A stretch of DNA of 63,868 bases, counting the filler, from Actinomycetota bacterium (GTDB lineage: Bacteria > Actinomycetota > Acidimicrobiia > IMCC26256 > VFJJ01), in the NCBI GenBank assembly GCA_009886115.1. It is 4 parts of 4 records of this genome, joined end to end, with 100 filler letters (N's around TTAATTAATTAA, not from the genome) between each part and the next. Parts side by side here need not be neighbours in the genome. Positions count along the whole stretch, not along the records: positions 49,175 to 58,570 come from VFJJ01000211.1; positions 58,671 to 63,868 come from VFJJ01000108.1; 2 more parts are not named here. The stretch is one strand, 5' to 3'. The position numbers were made by a program, and so were the translations under genes. Below, piece by piece: positions 49,177 through 59,302 of this stretch; the first letter of the stretch is position 1; every line of letters starts with the position of its first letter. Below the pieces are notes generated by a model. That model made no database searches. It worked only from the letters and a program-made list of their open reading frames with translations, and was not told where the DNA came from.

Positions 49177-50043
49177 GATCTCATGCGCATCTACGTCTCG
49201 TTCGACAGCGGGTTCCTGCTCGACGCTCTGCCCGGATGGGCCAAGGCCATGACGGCCCCGGCCGACGAGAAGCTGCGCATCCTGTCCGATCCCGAGGAGC
49301 GACAGAAGCTCGACGACCTCGCTCAGGGCCCCGAGAACAAGGGGCTGCGCACCATCTCGAACTGGGCGGAGGCGACGATCCTCGACACGGTGCATCCCAG
49401 CCATGCGGGATACGTCGGACGCACCGTCGGCGACATCGCAGCCGAGCGGGGCGAGAAGCCGTGGGACTGCCTGTGCGGCATCGTCGTGCGTGACCAGCTC
49501 AAGACGGTGTTCCGACCCATGACCATGGGCGACGACGAGGAGTCATGGGAGGCCCGCCGCGACCTGTGGCGAGACCCGCGTGTGATCCTCGGCGCCTCCG
49601 ATGCCGGCGCACACCTCGATTTCATCGCCACCTTCAACTTCACGACGGCGTTCCTCGGCCAACACGTACGCGACAAGGGCCTCATGCCCCTCGAGGAGGC
49701 CGTGCACCGCCTGACCGACGTGCAGGCCCGCATCTACGGGATCACCGAGCGGGGACGGGTGACCGAGGGCTGGCATGCCGACCTCGTGATCTTCGACGAG
49801 CACACCATCGACGCCGGACCGGTGGCCATGCGCTACGACCTGCCCGGCGGCGCTGGCCGTCTGTACGGCGCCGCCGAGGGCATCGCCCACGTGTTCGTCA
49901 ACGGCACCGAGATCGTGCGGGGCAAGGAGCTGACGGGGAACAACCCGGGAACGCTGCTGCGCTCTGGACGCGACACCGAGACGGTGACGGCGAACGGGGT
50001 CACGGCGCTGGCCGTAGCTGCGGCAGCCGCCGCACGGCTCTAG
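49177..50043 (+). CDS. N-acyl-D-amino-acid deacylase family amidohydrolase (5' partial)
   Basis: SDAGAH, LEEAVHRLT, ADLVIFD, DLPGGAGRL, VFVNG. Confidence 0.88.
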   Translation, partial: DLMRIYVSFDSGFLLDALPGWAKAMTAPADEKLRILSDPEERQKLDDLAQGPENKGLRTISNWAEATILDTVHPSHAGYVGRTVGDIAAERGEKPWDCLCGIVVRDQLKTVFRPMTMGDDEESWEARRDLWRDPRVILGASDAGAHLDFIATFNFTTAFLGQHVRDKGLMPLEEAVHRLTDVQARIYGITERGRVTEGWHADLVIFDEHTIDAGPVAMRYDLPGGAGRLYGAAEGIAHVFVNGTEIVRGKELTGNNPGTLLRSGRDTETVTANGVTALAVAAAAAARL

Positions 50044-50055
50044 GCCCGGATCGCG

Positions 50056-51297
50056 ATGGCGCGCTCCCGGGCGCTCGAGCACCTGCGAATCTGCGATTTC
50101 ACGGGTCAGCTCGCCGGCGCCGGTGCCACTCGTTTCCTCGCGGCGTTCGGGGCCGAGGTGATCCGGGTCGAAGACCCCGTACGGCAAGGGATGTGGGACA
50201 TCTTGCGCGGGGTGCCTCCCTACGTCGACGAACGCCGCGGTCTCGACCTCGGTGGCGGTTTCAACAACCACAACGTCGAGAAATACGGCATCACCTTGAA
50301 CCTACGGAAAGAAGCTGCCCGCGAGATCCTGCGGGAGTTGATTGCGATCTCCGATGTCGTCACCGAGAACTTCGCCGCCGGGGTGTTGGCCCGTATGGGG
50401 TTCCCGTACGACGAGCTCCGGCGGATCAAGCCCGACATCGTGTATGTGTCCAATTGTGGGTTCGGCCACACCGGCCCCTACCAGACCTACAAGACCTGGG
50501 GCCCGATCGTGCAGGCCATGTGCGGGCTCACGTTCTCGTCGGGCCTCCCCGACATGCCGTCGGCCGGCTGGGGGTTCAGCTACATGGACCACCACGGTGG
50601 CAACTTCATGGCCATCGCCATCATGTGCGGGCTCATCCACCGCAACCGCACCGGCGAGGGCCAATGGATCGACATGGCATGCACCGAGGCGGGGGCGACG
50701 CTCAACGGCCCCGCGCTCCTCGACTTCACGGTGAACGGCCGCCGGATGCGCCGCCCGGGCATGCCCAACTCCAACCACAGCCAGTTCCCGGCCATGGCCC
50801 CGCACAACATCTACGCCACCGACGGCGACGACAACTGGGTCGCGATCTCGTGCCGCGACGACGCCGACTGGATCGCGCTCGCGAAGGTCGTTGGCGAACC
50901 CTGGACGGCCGACGTGCGTTTCGCGAGCCCTGACGGCCGTCTGGCCGACGAGGCCGAGCTCGACGGCCGGCTCGCAACCTGGTGCCGATCGCTCGAGCGT
51001 CATGCCGTCGCCGCCGACCTCCAGGCGGTAGGCGTCCCTGCGGCCGCGGTCGCCCGTCCCCAGGAACGTGTCGACCTCGACCCCAACACCGCGGCGTGGG
51101 GCCTGTGGCCGACGGTGTCGCACCGAGAGATGGGCGATGTGCAGGTCGACGGGTTGCCTGTGCACTTCAGCGAGACCGACTGGGTTCTCGAACGCGGCGC
51201 ACCATGCCTGGGCGAGCACACCGAGGAGATTCTGGTGCGCCTGCTCGGTCGAACGCCGGCCGAGGTGGCCTCGCTCCACGCCGAGGGTGTGCTGTGA
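50056..51297 (+). CDS. CaiB/BaiF family III CoA-transferase (catalytic subunit)
   Basis: LAAFGAEVIRVE, DVVTENF, GFGHTGPY, YMDH Asp, APCLGEHT. Confidence 0.93.
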   Translation: MARSRALEHLRICDFTGQLAGAGATRFLAAFGAEVIRVEDPVRQGMWDILRGVPPYVDERRGLDLGGGFNNHNVEKYGITLNLRKEAAREILRELIAISDVVTENFAAGVLARMGFPYDELRRIKPDIVYVSNCGFGHTGPYQTYKTWGPIVQAMCGLTFSSGLPDMPSAGWGFSYMDHHGGNFMAIAIMCGLIHRNRTGEGQWIDMACTEAGATLNGPALLDFTVNGRRMRRPGMPNSNHSQFPAMAPHNIYATDGDDNWVAISCRDDADWIALAKVVGEPWTADVRFASPDGRLADEAELDGRLATWCRSLERHAVAADLQAVGVPAAAVARPQERVDLDPNTAAWGLWPTVSHREMGDVQVDGLPVHFSETDWVLERGAPCLGEHTEEILVRLLGRTPAEVASLHAEGVL

Positions 51298-52598
51298 GCG
51301 CCGCCGATACGAACGCCGTCGCCGAGGCGATGCCCGCAGCCCTGGCGATGCCCGCGGCCCTGCCGGGACCGCTCGTCGGGCTGACGGTGGTCGAGCTGGC
51401 ATCCGAGCACGGCGCCTTCGCCGGCAAGCTACTGGCCGATCTCGGCGCCGATGTCGTGCTGGTCGAGCCGCCGGGCGGACACCACACGCGTGCGTTCGAG
51501 CCGTTCCTCGACGACCGGCCGGGCCCCGAACGCAGCTTGTGGTGGTGGCACTACAACACGTCCAAGCGCGGGATCGTGCTCGATCTCCAATCGCCCCAAG
51601 GGGCGGCGTCATTCGCCCGCCTCGTGGCCGACGCCGACGTCGTGCTCGAGGCCGAACCACCCGACCGTCTCGTCGGTCTGGGTCTCGACCACCCGCAGCT
51701 CCGAGCAGCTCACGAGGAGCTGATCTGGGTGTCGATCACCCCGTTCGGACGGGCGGCCGGCCTGCCTCGTCGCAACGAGCTGGCCACCGACCTCACCGTG
51801 CTCGCGGCCGGCGGGCCGGTCTGGAACTGCGGCTACGACGACCACACGCTCCCGCCGGTGCGCGGCGGTGGCAACCAGGGCTATCAGACGGCCTGCCTGT
51901 GGGCCGTGTCGTCGGCACTGGCCGCCGTGTTGCAACGAGAGCTCTCAGGCCGGGGCCAGCATTGCGACGTGAGCATGCACGCCGCAGCCAACGTCACCAC
52001 CGAGGCCGGATCGTACGAATGGCTCGTGGCCAACGCGACCGTGCAGCGCCAGACGGGCCGTCATGCCGCGACGGTCGTCACCCAGTTCACCCGCACCACC
52101 GGCACCGACGGCATCGACATCCACACGGGTTTCCCGCCCCGCTCGGTGGCCGAGTACCAAGGGGTCATCGACTGGCTCGACGAGCTCGGCGCCCGCGACG
52201 AGTTCGCCGACATCGTCTTGCTGGAGATGGCCGTCGAGCGGGGCGGGGTGCAGCTCTGGGAGCTGGCCTCCGATCCGTTGGCCATGGAGATGTTCGGCGC
52301 CGGGCGTGACGCGTTCATCTTCATCGCCCAGCGGCTCGGGGCCTACGAGTTCTTCCACGGATCACAACAGCGCGGTCTGGCCTGTGCGGTCATCCTGGCA
52401 CCCGAGGAGGTGTTCGAGGACGAGCACTACCGGGCCCGGGGCTTCCCGGTCGATGTCGAGCATCCCGAGCTGGGCCGTGCGTTCACGTACCCGGGTGCGC
52501 CCTTCCTCATGCCGGCCTCGCCCTGGCGGATCGGGTCACGGGCGCCGCTGTTGGGCGAGCACCAGCACCTGGTCGACTTCGCCGACGAAAAAGGATAG
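51294..52598 (+). CDS. CaiB/BaiF family CoA-transferase (second, probably non-catalytic subunit)
   Basis: LADLGADVVLVEPP, NTSKRG, SITPFG, APLLGEH; GTGA overlap. Confidence 0.88.
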   Translation: MSAADTNAVAEAMPAALAMPAALPGPLVGLTVVELASEHGAFAGKLLADLGADVVLVEPPGGHHTRAFEPFLDDRPGPERSLWWWHYNTSKRGIVLDLQSPQGAASFARLVADADVVLEAEPPDRLVGLGLDHPQLRAAHEELIWVSITPFGRAAGLPRRNELATDLTVLAAGGPVWNCGYDDHTLPPVRGGGNQGYQTACLWAVSSALAAVLQRELSGRGQHCDVSMHAAANVTTEAGSYEWLVANATVQRQTGRHAATVVTQFTRTTGTDGIDIHTGFPPRSVAEYQGVIDWLDELGARDEFADIVLLEMAVERGGVQLWELASDPLAMEMFGAGRDAFIFIAQRLGAYEFFHGSQQRGLACAVILAPEEVFEDEHYRARGFPVDVEHPELGRAFTYPGAPFLMPASPWRIGSRAPLLGEHQHLVDFADEKG

Positions 52599-52600
52599 AT

Positions 52601-53608
52601 ATGGGGGTAGCGCTCCGAGCGGGTGACGAAGGCGCCCATCGGGTCGGTGCCGAGATCAACTGGAACGAGAGCCGCTACGTCGACTTCTGGGATCCGGTCT
52701 CGCGGATCGGCGGCTGGTTCCGCATCGGTAACCGTCCGAATGCCGGCTGGGCCGAGATGTCGGCGTGCGTGAACCTGCCCGACGGAAGCATCGCGTTCAT
52801 GTTCGAGCGGCCGTCGATCGAGAACAACACGCTTACCTCGGGAGACCAGTCGTGGGAGGTCGTCGACGAGTGGCGGCTCAGCCGGATGTGTTACAACGGT
52901 CCGCTGCTGGTGCTCGCCGATCCGTGGCTGCTCACGAACCCCAAGCGGGCCTTCACCGAGAGCCCCCGCACCACCGGCGAGATCGACCTCCAGTGTCGCT
53001 CCACCGGGCTGTCGACGGTGCTCGGACACGACCAGGATCACATCGACCGGATCTTCCTGCCCGGCCAGGCTGATTTCCACTATCAACATCTCGTGCACGT
53101 CACAGGTACCGTGCGCGTGGGCGACGTCGTCCACCAGGTCGACGGCCGAGGCGGCAAAGACCACTCCTGGGGTCCGAGGAACTGGCACGCCAAGCGCTGG
53201 TTCCGCTGGCTCATCGCCGGTGTCGACGACGACCACGGCTTCATGCTCTCGCGCGGTGTGGGCCCCACGAAGCAGACCCGCGGCGGCTTCGTGCTCCACG
53301 GCGGACGTTTTCACGAGGTCGACGACTTCTCGATGCGCAATACCTACACGGGCGCACCCAACTTCGAGGTGACGGGCGTCGAGGTCACCATCACGGCCGG
53401 TGGAGGAGCCGTCTCGGTGACCGCCACGGGCACGCCCCGCGGCTGGCTCCCCTTACGCCACCGGCAGAAGGACGCCGCCGGCGAGGAGGCCATCCTCCGC
53501 ATCGTCAAGTCGCCCACCGACTGGACGGTCGACGGGCGCCACGCAGCGGGCATGCTCGAATATCACGATCTCGTCGAGGACGGCCGGCCCATCGGTTTGC
53601 ACGAGTAA
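52601..53608 (+). CDS. Hypothetical beta-barrel protein (tocopherol cyclase/AttH-like)
   Basis: WNESRYVDF, RIGNRPN, HYQH, DHSWGPRNW. Confidence 0.65.
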   Translation: MGVALRAGDEGAHRVGAEINWNESRYVDFWDPVSRIGGWFRIGNRPNAGWAEMSACVNLPDGSIAFMFERPSIENNTLTSGDQSWEVVDEWRLSRMCYNGPLLVLADPWLLTNPKRAFTESPRTTGEIDLQCRSTGLSTVLGHDQDHIDRIFLPGQADFHYQHLVHVTGTVRVGDVVHQVDGRGGKDHSWGPRNWHAKRWFRWLIAGVDDDHGFMLSRGVGPTKQTRGGFVLHGGRFHEVDDFSMRNTYTGAPNFEVTGVEVTITAGGGAVSVTATGTPRGWLPLRHRQKDAAGEEAILRIVKSPTDWTVDGRHAAGMLEYHDLVEDGRPIGLHE

Positions 53609-53621
53609 TCGGCAGAGAGCC

Positions 53622-54203
53622 TCAGCGGGTGGTGGTGAGGCCGTCGTGGACGCGGGCGATGAGCCCCTCCGCCAGAGACTTGTCGAGTAGCCAGGACAGA
53701 CGTCCACTGTGGGAGGCACCGATCGTGACCTCGAACCACACAGTCACGGTGGGACCGACCTCGTGGTCCTCGGGAATCGCTATGTGATCGCACATCTCTA
53801 TCGTCGGTGGGGTGATGTCGACGAGACCGCCCAGGGCCGCCGCCAGTCCCCTCACGGCGCCGGCCATGAGCTGGTTCATGGCCTCGGAGATAGCCGACAT
53901 CCCGAGCTCACCCAAGAGCTCCTCGTCGGGCACCTCGATACCCATCGCCGACATCATGATGCCGACGATCTCCTTCACCTGCTCGGCGGGGAGGATGAAC
54001 ACCGATCGACCCTGGGCCGCACCGAAGAACCCGATCCTGACCACGGCGAACGGACCGGTGCCGGGGTCCCAGAAACCGGTGGCGACCTGCGGGGTCGTGA
54101 TCTCGACCGGCGCACCCAGGAGCCCGGCCAGGTTGGTGGCGGCCGAGCCCATCATGATGTTGCCGATCTCACCGACAGCGTCTTCGAAATCGGCTTCGTT
54201 CAT
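53622..54203 (-). CDS. CheC/FliY-family aspartyl-phosphate phosphatase
   Basis: Two D/S-x3-E-x2-N-x22-P-like repeats: DAVGEIGNIMMGSAAT...ITTP and SAISEAMNQLMAG...ITPP. Confidence 0.85.
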   Translation of the reverse strand: MNEADFEDAVGEIGNIMMGSAATNLAGLLGAPVEITTPQVATGFWDPGTGPFAVVRIGFFGAAQGRSVFILPAEQVKEIVGIMMSAMGIEVPDEELLGELGMSAISEAMNQLMAGAVRGLAAALGGLVDITPPTIEMCDHIAIPEDHEVGPTVTVWFEVTIGASHSGRLSWLLDKSLAEGLIARVHDGLTTTR

Positions 54204-54212
54204 CGGGTGTAC

Positions 54213-54239
54213 TACGGCCTCGCAGCGGTGCGGCTTGAG
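54213..54239 (-). promoter_or_regulatory. Putative sigma-28-type promoter
   Basis: Minus strand CTCA-N17-GCCGTA, 9 nt before the ATG of the CheC-like gene. Confidence 0.5.
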
Positions 54240-54268
54240 TGCTCGTTCACGCGCGTCTTGCGGCAGCG

Positions 54269-55495
54269 ATGACACAATCTCGCTTCGTGAGCGAGATCAA
54301 CGATTCCCCGTCCCCCCGATCTGTCGTGAACGGCCCGCTCAGCGGGGTCACGGTCCTGGAGCTGGCCGGGATCGGCGCCTTGCCGTTCGGGGCGATGATG
54401 CTCGCCGACATGGGCGCCGATGTGATCCGCGTTGATCGGGCCGCCGAGGTCCCGCTCGAGCCGCCGGCGCAACGCGGGCGCAGCGCGCTCGATCGCGGGC
54501 GACTCTCGATCGGCGTCGATTTGAAGACCAAGACCGGGGTCGAGACCGTGCTCCGGCTCGTCGAGCAGGTCGACGTGCTCGTGGAGTCGAACCGCCCCGG
54601 CGTGGCCGAGCGTCTCGGCGTCGGGCCCGACGTCTGTCTCGCCCGCAACCCTCGTCTCGTGTACGGCCGACTCACCGGGTGGGGCCAGGACGGGCCGCTC
54701 GCCCAAGCAGCCGGGCACGATCTCAACTATGTGTCGCTCACCGGCGCCGTGCACTCGATCGGTCCTGCGGGCGGGGCGCCCGTCCCTCCGCTGCAGATCC
54801 TGGGCGACTTCGCCGGAGGCGGGATGCTGCTCGCCTACGGAGTGGCCTGCGCCCTCGTCGAGGTGTCGCGCAGCGGTCGGGGCCAGGTCGTCGACGCCGC
54901 CATGGTCGACGGGGTGATGGCCATCATGGGCATCTATTACTCGATGGCCAACGGCGGGATGTGGACCGAACAGCGCGGCACGAACCTCTTCGATGGGGGA
55001 TCGCATTTCTACAACGTGTACGAGACGGCCGATGGCCGGTACGTGTCGGTCGCTCCGGTCGAGCCCCAGTTCTACGCCCTCTTGCTCGAGGCGACGGGGC
55101 TCGAGAGCGATCCCGATTTCACCGGCGCCGCTTCGCAGTGGGACCGGGCCCGCTGGCCGGTGATGCGAGCGAAGCTGGCCGCCGTGTTCGCGACCCGCAC
55201 CCGCGACGAGTGGTGCGCACTCCTCGAAGGGACCGACACCTGCTTCGCCCCGGTCCTCACGCTCGGCGAGGCCCAGACCCATCCCCACACGGTGGCCCGC
55301 TCGACGCTCGTCCCGCTCGATCCCGAGACCGGGCAAGGGATCCAGGTCACCGCGGTACCCCGTTTCTCGCGGACGCCCGGGTCCGTGCGCCCGGGCTCGC
55401 ACCATCCCGGGGCCGACACCGACGAGGTCCTCTCGGCCCACGGGTTCTCCCACGACGAGATCGCGTCGCTGCGATCTTCGGGGGCCATACGCTGA
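54269..55495 (+). CDS. Alpha-methylacyl-CoA racemase-like CaiB/BaiF protein
   Basis: GPLSGVTVLELAGIG, TGWGQDGP, AGHDLNY, GDFAGG; start uncertain. Confidence 0.9.
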   Translation: MTQSRFVSEINDSPSPRSVVNGPLSGVTVLELAGIGALPFGAMMLADMGADVIRVDRAAEVPLEPPAQRGRSALDRGRLSIGVDLKTKTGVETVLRLVEQVDVLVESNRPGVAERLGVGPDVCLARNPRLVYGRLTGWGQDGPLAQAAGHDLNYVSLTGAVHSIGPAGGAPVPPLQILGDFAGGGMLLAYGVACALVEVSRSGRGQVVDAAMVDGVMAIMGIYYSMANGGMWTEQRGTNLFDGGSHFYNVYETADGRYVSVAPVEPQFYALLLEATGLESDPDFTGAASQWDRARWPVMRAKLAAVFATRTRDEWCALLEGTDTCFAPVLTLGEAQTHPHTVARSTLVPLDPETGQGIQVTAVPRFSRTPGSVRPGSHHPGADTDEVLSAHGFSHDEIASLRSSGAIR

Positions 55496-55539
55496 CGACT
55501 CCGTAAACTCCGCATCCACACATCGACCAGGGGGATGGC

Positions 55540-55788
55540 ATGGGGCTGTTCGGCAAGATCAAGAAGTTGGCCGGGAAGAACGCGTCGACGATCACCAAGG
55601 CGGTCGAAAAGGCGGGCGACGTGGTCGACAAGAAGACCAAGGGCAAGCACCACGACAAGATCGAGAAGGCCGAGGACGCAGCGACCAAGGCACTGGGCAA
55701 CCTCGCCGACCCCAAGGGCGCAGCGGGCGCAGCGAGTGCCAAGGTCGACAACGTTGCCGGCAACGCGGGCCCGCCGACCGCCAAGTAA
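55540..55788 (+). CDS. MT0933/Rv0909-like putative antitoxin
   Basis: MGLFGKIK...EKAGDVVDKKTKGKHHDKIEKA pattern. Confidence 0.75.
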   Translation: MGLFGKIKKLAGKNASTITKAVEKAGDVVDKKTKGKHHDKIEKAEDAATKALGNLADPKGAAGAASAKVDNVAGNAGPPTAK

Positions 55789-55803
55789 CGCGGACCGGGC
55801 GTC

Positions 55804-56598
55804 GTGGGCACCCTCGAAGGCTTCACCGAGACCGAGTTCACCCACGAGGGGGTCACCAGGCCCGTCCACGTCGGCGGCGCCGGCCCGGCGGTGGTCGTGA
55901 TCCATGAGATCCCGGGTATCACCCCGAAGGTCGCCGAGTTCGGCCGCAAAGTTGTCGATGCGGGCTTTCGCGCCTACCTCCCGTCGCTCGTCGGTGATCC
56001 CGGGCGCGAGCCGGGAGCCCGATACCTCGTCTCGTCGCTGTGGAAGGTCTGCGTCTCCAAGGAGTTCACGACCTGGGCGACCGGCCGAACGAGCCCGGTG
56101 ATCGGCTGGCTCCGTGCCCTCGCGGCACAGGCGCACACCGAGTGTGGCGGCCCGGGCGTCGGTGCGGTCGGTATGTGCTTCTCGGGCGGCTTCGCTCTGG
56201 GGATGATGCTCGACGATCGGATGCTGGCCCCGGTGCTGAGCCAGCCGTCACTACCGTTTGCCTTGGGCCGCAAGCGTTCGGGCTCGGTCGGGCTCTCCGA
56301 CGACGATCTCGCCGCCGTGAGGCGCCGCGTCGAGCGCGACGACACCGCGTGCGTTCTGGGCCTGCGCTTCACGAGCGACAAGACCGTCCCGCCGGCGCGG
56401 TTCGCGGCGTACCGCGAGCTGCTCGGCGACCGGTTCGTCGGCGTCGAGATCTCCTCACCCGACGCCGCTCGGGGCATCGGGAAGTCGGCCCACTCGGTGC
56501 TCACCGAGCACCTCGTCGACGAGCCCGGGCATCCCACGGTCGAGGCGCTGAACCAGGTCCTCGAGTTCTTTCGGGCTCGTCTCAACCCGGGAGCCTGA
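55804..56598 (+). CDS. Dienelactone hydrolase family protein
   Basis: VIHEIPG, GMCFSG nucleophile, AHSVLT. Confidence 0.88.
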   Translation: MGTLEGFTETEFTHEGVTRPVHVGGAGPAVVVIHEIPGITPKVAEFGRKVVDAGFRAYLPSLVGDPGREPGARYLVSSLWKVCVSKEFTTWATGRTSPVIGWLRALAAQAHTECGGPGVGAVGMCFSGGFALGMMLDDRMLAPVLSQPSLPFALGRKRSGSVGLSDDDLAAVRRRVERDDTACVLGLRFTSDKTVPPARFAAYRELLGDRFVGVEISSPDAARGIGKSAHSVLTEHLVDEPGHPTVEALNQVLEFFRARLNPGA

Positions 56599-56696
56599 AG
56601 CCGGGCCTCACCCTTCGAGGGTTCGGATCGACGGCGCCCCCTGGGTCGCTCGGGTCGGGTACCCCAGGACTGCGCCGACTGCCGGTCACCGGCACT

Positions 56697-56723
56697 CTCA
56701 AGCCGCTCCCATCGCGCGCCGAC
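56697..56723 (+). promoter_or_regulatory. Putative sigma-28-type promoter
   Basis: CTCA-N17-GCCGAC. Confidence 0.55.
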
Positions 56724-56764
56724 GTTCTCCCTGAGAGTTGTCGCGCCATGGATGGCGTCGATCC

Positions 56765-58570
56765 GTGACCGCAGAACGCGGGGAACGACCGTCGTCCGGA
56801 GGCCTGGTGGGAAGGGTTCGCAGCAGCAGAGCGCGCCTCGCGGCCACCGCCGCGGTTCTCGTCACCCTGGCGTCAACGGTGAGCATGTTCTGGCCCGAGG
56901 TCTCGGCTGAGGCTGCCCCGGGAGGCACGACGGTCAGGGTCTCGCTAGGGCCCGGTGGCGCCGAAGCCGCGGGAGCCAACTCGGGTGAGCCCACGGTGTC
57001 GGGCGACGGGCGCTACGTGGCGTTCGTCAGCGGCGCGACCAACCTCGTTGCCGGTGACACCAACGGCGCCGGCGACGTGTTCGTGCGCGACACGGTCGGC
57101 GGCGTCACCAGCCGCGACAGCGTGCACACCTCCGAGGCCCAGGGTGACGGTGCCTCGGGCTCGCCCTCGTTGTCGAGCAACGCCCAGTGGGTGGCCTTCC
57201 ATTCGGCGGCCACGAACCTCGTCGCCGGCGACACGAACGGCACGATCGACGTCTTCCTGCGTGACCGCTCGGGTGCCGGGATGACCATCCGCGTCAGCGT
57301 TGCGACCGGCGGCGGCGAAGCAACCGGGGGCGACAGCACGGCGCCCTCGGTCAGCGGAGACGGTCGATACGTGGTGTTCACCTCGACGTCCACGAATCTG
57401 GTCGCCGGTGACACCAATGGCGTGGCCGACGTGTTCCTGCGCGACACCGTGGACGGAACGACCGTCAAGGTCTCGTCGGCCCCTGCGGGAGTCGACGCCA
57501 ACGGCGTGAGCGGCCAGGCAACCATCAGCGCAGACGGCACGACCGTGGCGTTCTCGTCGACCGCGTCGAACCTCACGGCCGACGTCAACGGCCAATCCGA
57601 CGTGTTCACCTACGGCACAGCGTCGGGAACGATCTCGCTCGTGTCGTTGACGAGCGCGGGCGCACAGAGCTCGGGCTTCGGCAGCTACAACCCCGCGTTG
57701 TCGGCCGACGGCAGGTACGTGGCCTTCGAGTCGCTCGCCGGCACTCTCGTCGCGGGCGACACCAACGCCTTGTACGACGTCTTCGTCCGTGACCGAACCG
57801 CAGCCACCACGAGCCGCGAGAGTGTGACGAGCAACGGTGCCCAGGGAATCGTCGGAGGGAGTGGCCAGCCCCGGATCTCCGCCGACGGGCGGTTCGTGGC
57901 GTTCGACTCGACGGCGACCAACCTCGTCGGCGGCGACACCAACGGGGTCGCCGACCTGTTCCTGCGGGATCGCACGCTCGGGGTGACTACGCGTGTGAGC
58001 GTGACACCCCTGGGGCAACAGGCGAACGGACCGTCGACGAAGGCTTCGATCTCGCTCGACGGTCAGAACGTGGCGTTCGCCTCCTCGGCCTCGAACCTCG
58101 TCTCGGGCGACACCAACGCCATCGCCGACTCGTTCCTCCGCAGCCGCGCCCCGGCGGAGCTGACCCTGCTGACCCCCGACATCGTGGCTCCGGGTGCCAC
58201 CGGTGTCACGGTCACGCTCAACGGCACAGGGTTCGCCGCAAGTCCCGTCGTCACCTTCGGCCAGGGCGTCACGGTGGCCTCGGTGGTGTCGGCATCGGCC
58301 ACCCAGATCGTGCTCACCGTGAACGTCGCGCCCGGCGCGGCGACGCAGTACAACGATGTCGTCGTGACATCGGGTGGCGCCGAAGCCTGGTGCTACGCCT
58401 GCGTGTGGGTGGGCAACAGTGCCCCGTCGGGCGCCACCACCACATCGGTGTCGTCATCGACGACCTCGACCACGGTGGCCCCGACGACGACGACCACGGT
58501 GCCCGAGTCGACGACGACCACGGTGCCCGTCACGACCACGACCACGGTGCCCGTCACGACCACGACCACG
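56765..58570 (+). CDS. Secreted TolB-like beta-propeller + Ig-like domain + Thr-rich stalk (3' truncated at contig end)
   Basis: Signal peptide ending AEA-A, about 8 SGDGRYVAF.S.ATNLVAGDTNG..DVF repeats, CYAC, PVTTTTTV repeats; start uncertain. Confidence 0.85.
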
Positions 58571-58670
58571 NNNNNNNNNNNNNNNNNNNNNNNNNNNNNN
58601 NNNNNNNNNNNNNNTTAATTAATTAANNNNNNNNNNNNNNNNNNNNNNNNNNNNNNNNNNNNNNNNNNNN
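58571..58670. other. Artificial contig linker
   Basis: N44-TTAATTAATTAA-N44. Confidence 0.98.
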
Positions 58671-58703
58671 AATCAGATAGCTCCGACTGGTGACGCGGCG
58701 GAT

Positions 58704-59153
58704 TCAGCCGCCCAAGCGGGCCTTCACGAGGTCGGCGACGGTCTTGCCGTCGGCTCGACCCTTGACCTTGGCGTTGACGGCCTTCATGGCCTGACCCATC
58801 TGGGCCGGGGCGTTGAATCCCCCTTCGGCCAGCGTCTCGGCCACGATCGTCTCGAGCTCGTCGGCGCCGAGCGCCTCGGGGAGGTAGGCGCCCAGGATCG
58901 CAGCCTCGGCCCGCTCCTTGGCCTCGAGCTCGTCGCGGCCCGCGGCCTTGAAGGCCTCGGCCGACTCGAGCCGCTTCTTGGCCTCCTTGGCGATGACGGC
59001 CACGACCTCGTCGTCGGTGAGCGCACGGACCTCCTTCCCCGACACCTCGGCGGCCTTGATCGCGGCCATGGTCATCCGCAGCGTCGACACGGTGAGGTCG
59101 TCGCGCCGCTTCATGGCGGCGGTCATCGATTCACGGATCTGGTCGACGAGCAT
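58704..59153 (-). CDS. GatB/YqeY domain protein
   Basis: KEAKKRLES, GRDEL..E..E..IL.AYLP, MGQAMK, GRADG. Confidence 0.92.
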   Translation of the reverse strand: MLVDQIRESMTAAMKRRDDLTVSTLRMTMAAIKAAEVSGKEVRALTDDEVVAVIAKEAKKRLESAEAFKAAGRDELEAKERAEAAILGAYLPEALGADELETIVAETLAEGGFNAPAQMGQAMKAVNAKVKGRADGKTVADLVKARLGG

Positions 59154-59302
59154 GGGCCCACCGTACCCGGCTTCGGCTCCCCGGTCGGTGCGATACCTCG
59201 AGCCCGGCACGGTGCGATGGCGGGGGTCCCGCGGAGGCCGAGCACGCCCAAACGGTCGTTTGGTAGGGTCCGCGAAAGCCCGATGTTTTCTGAGGGGGAG
59301 CG

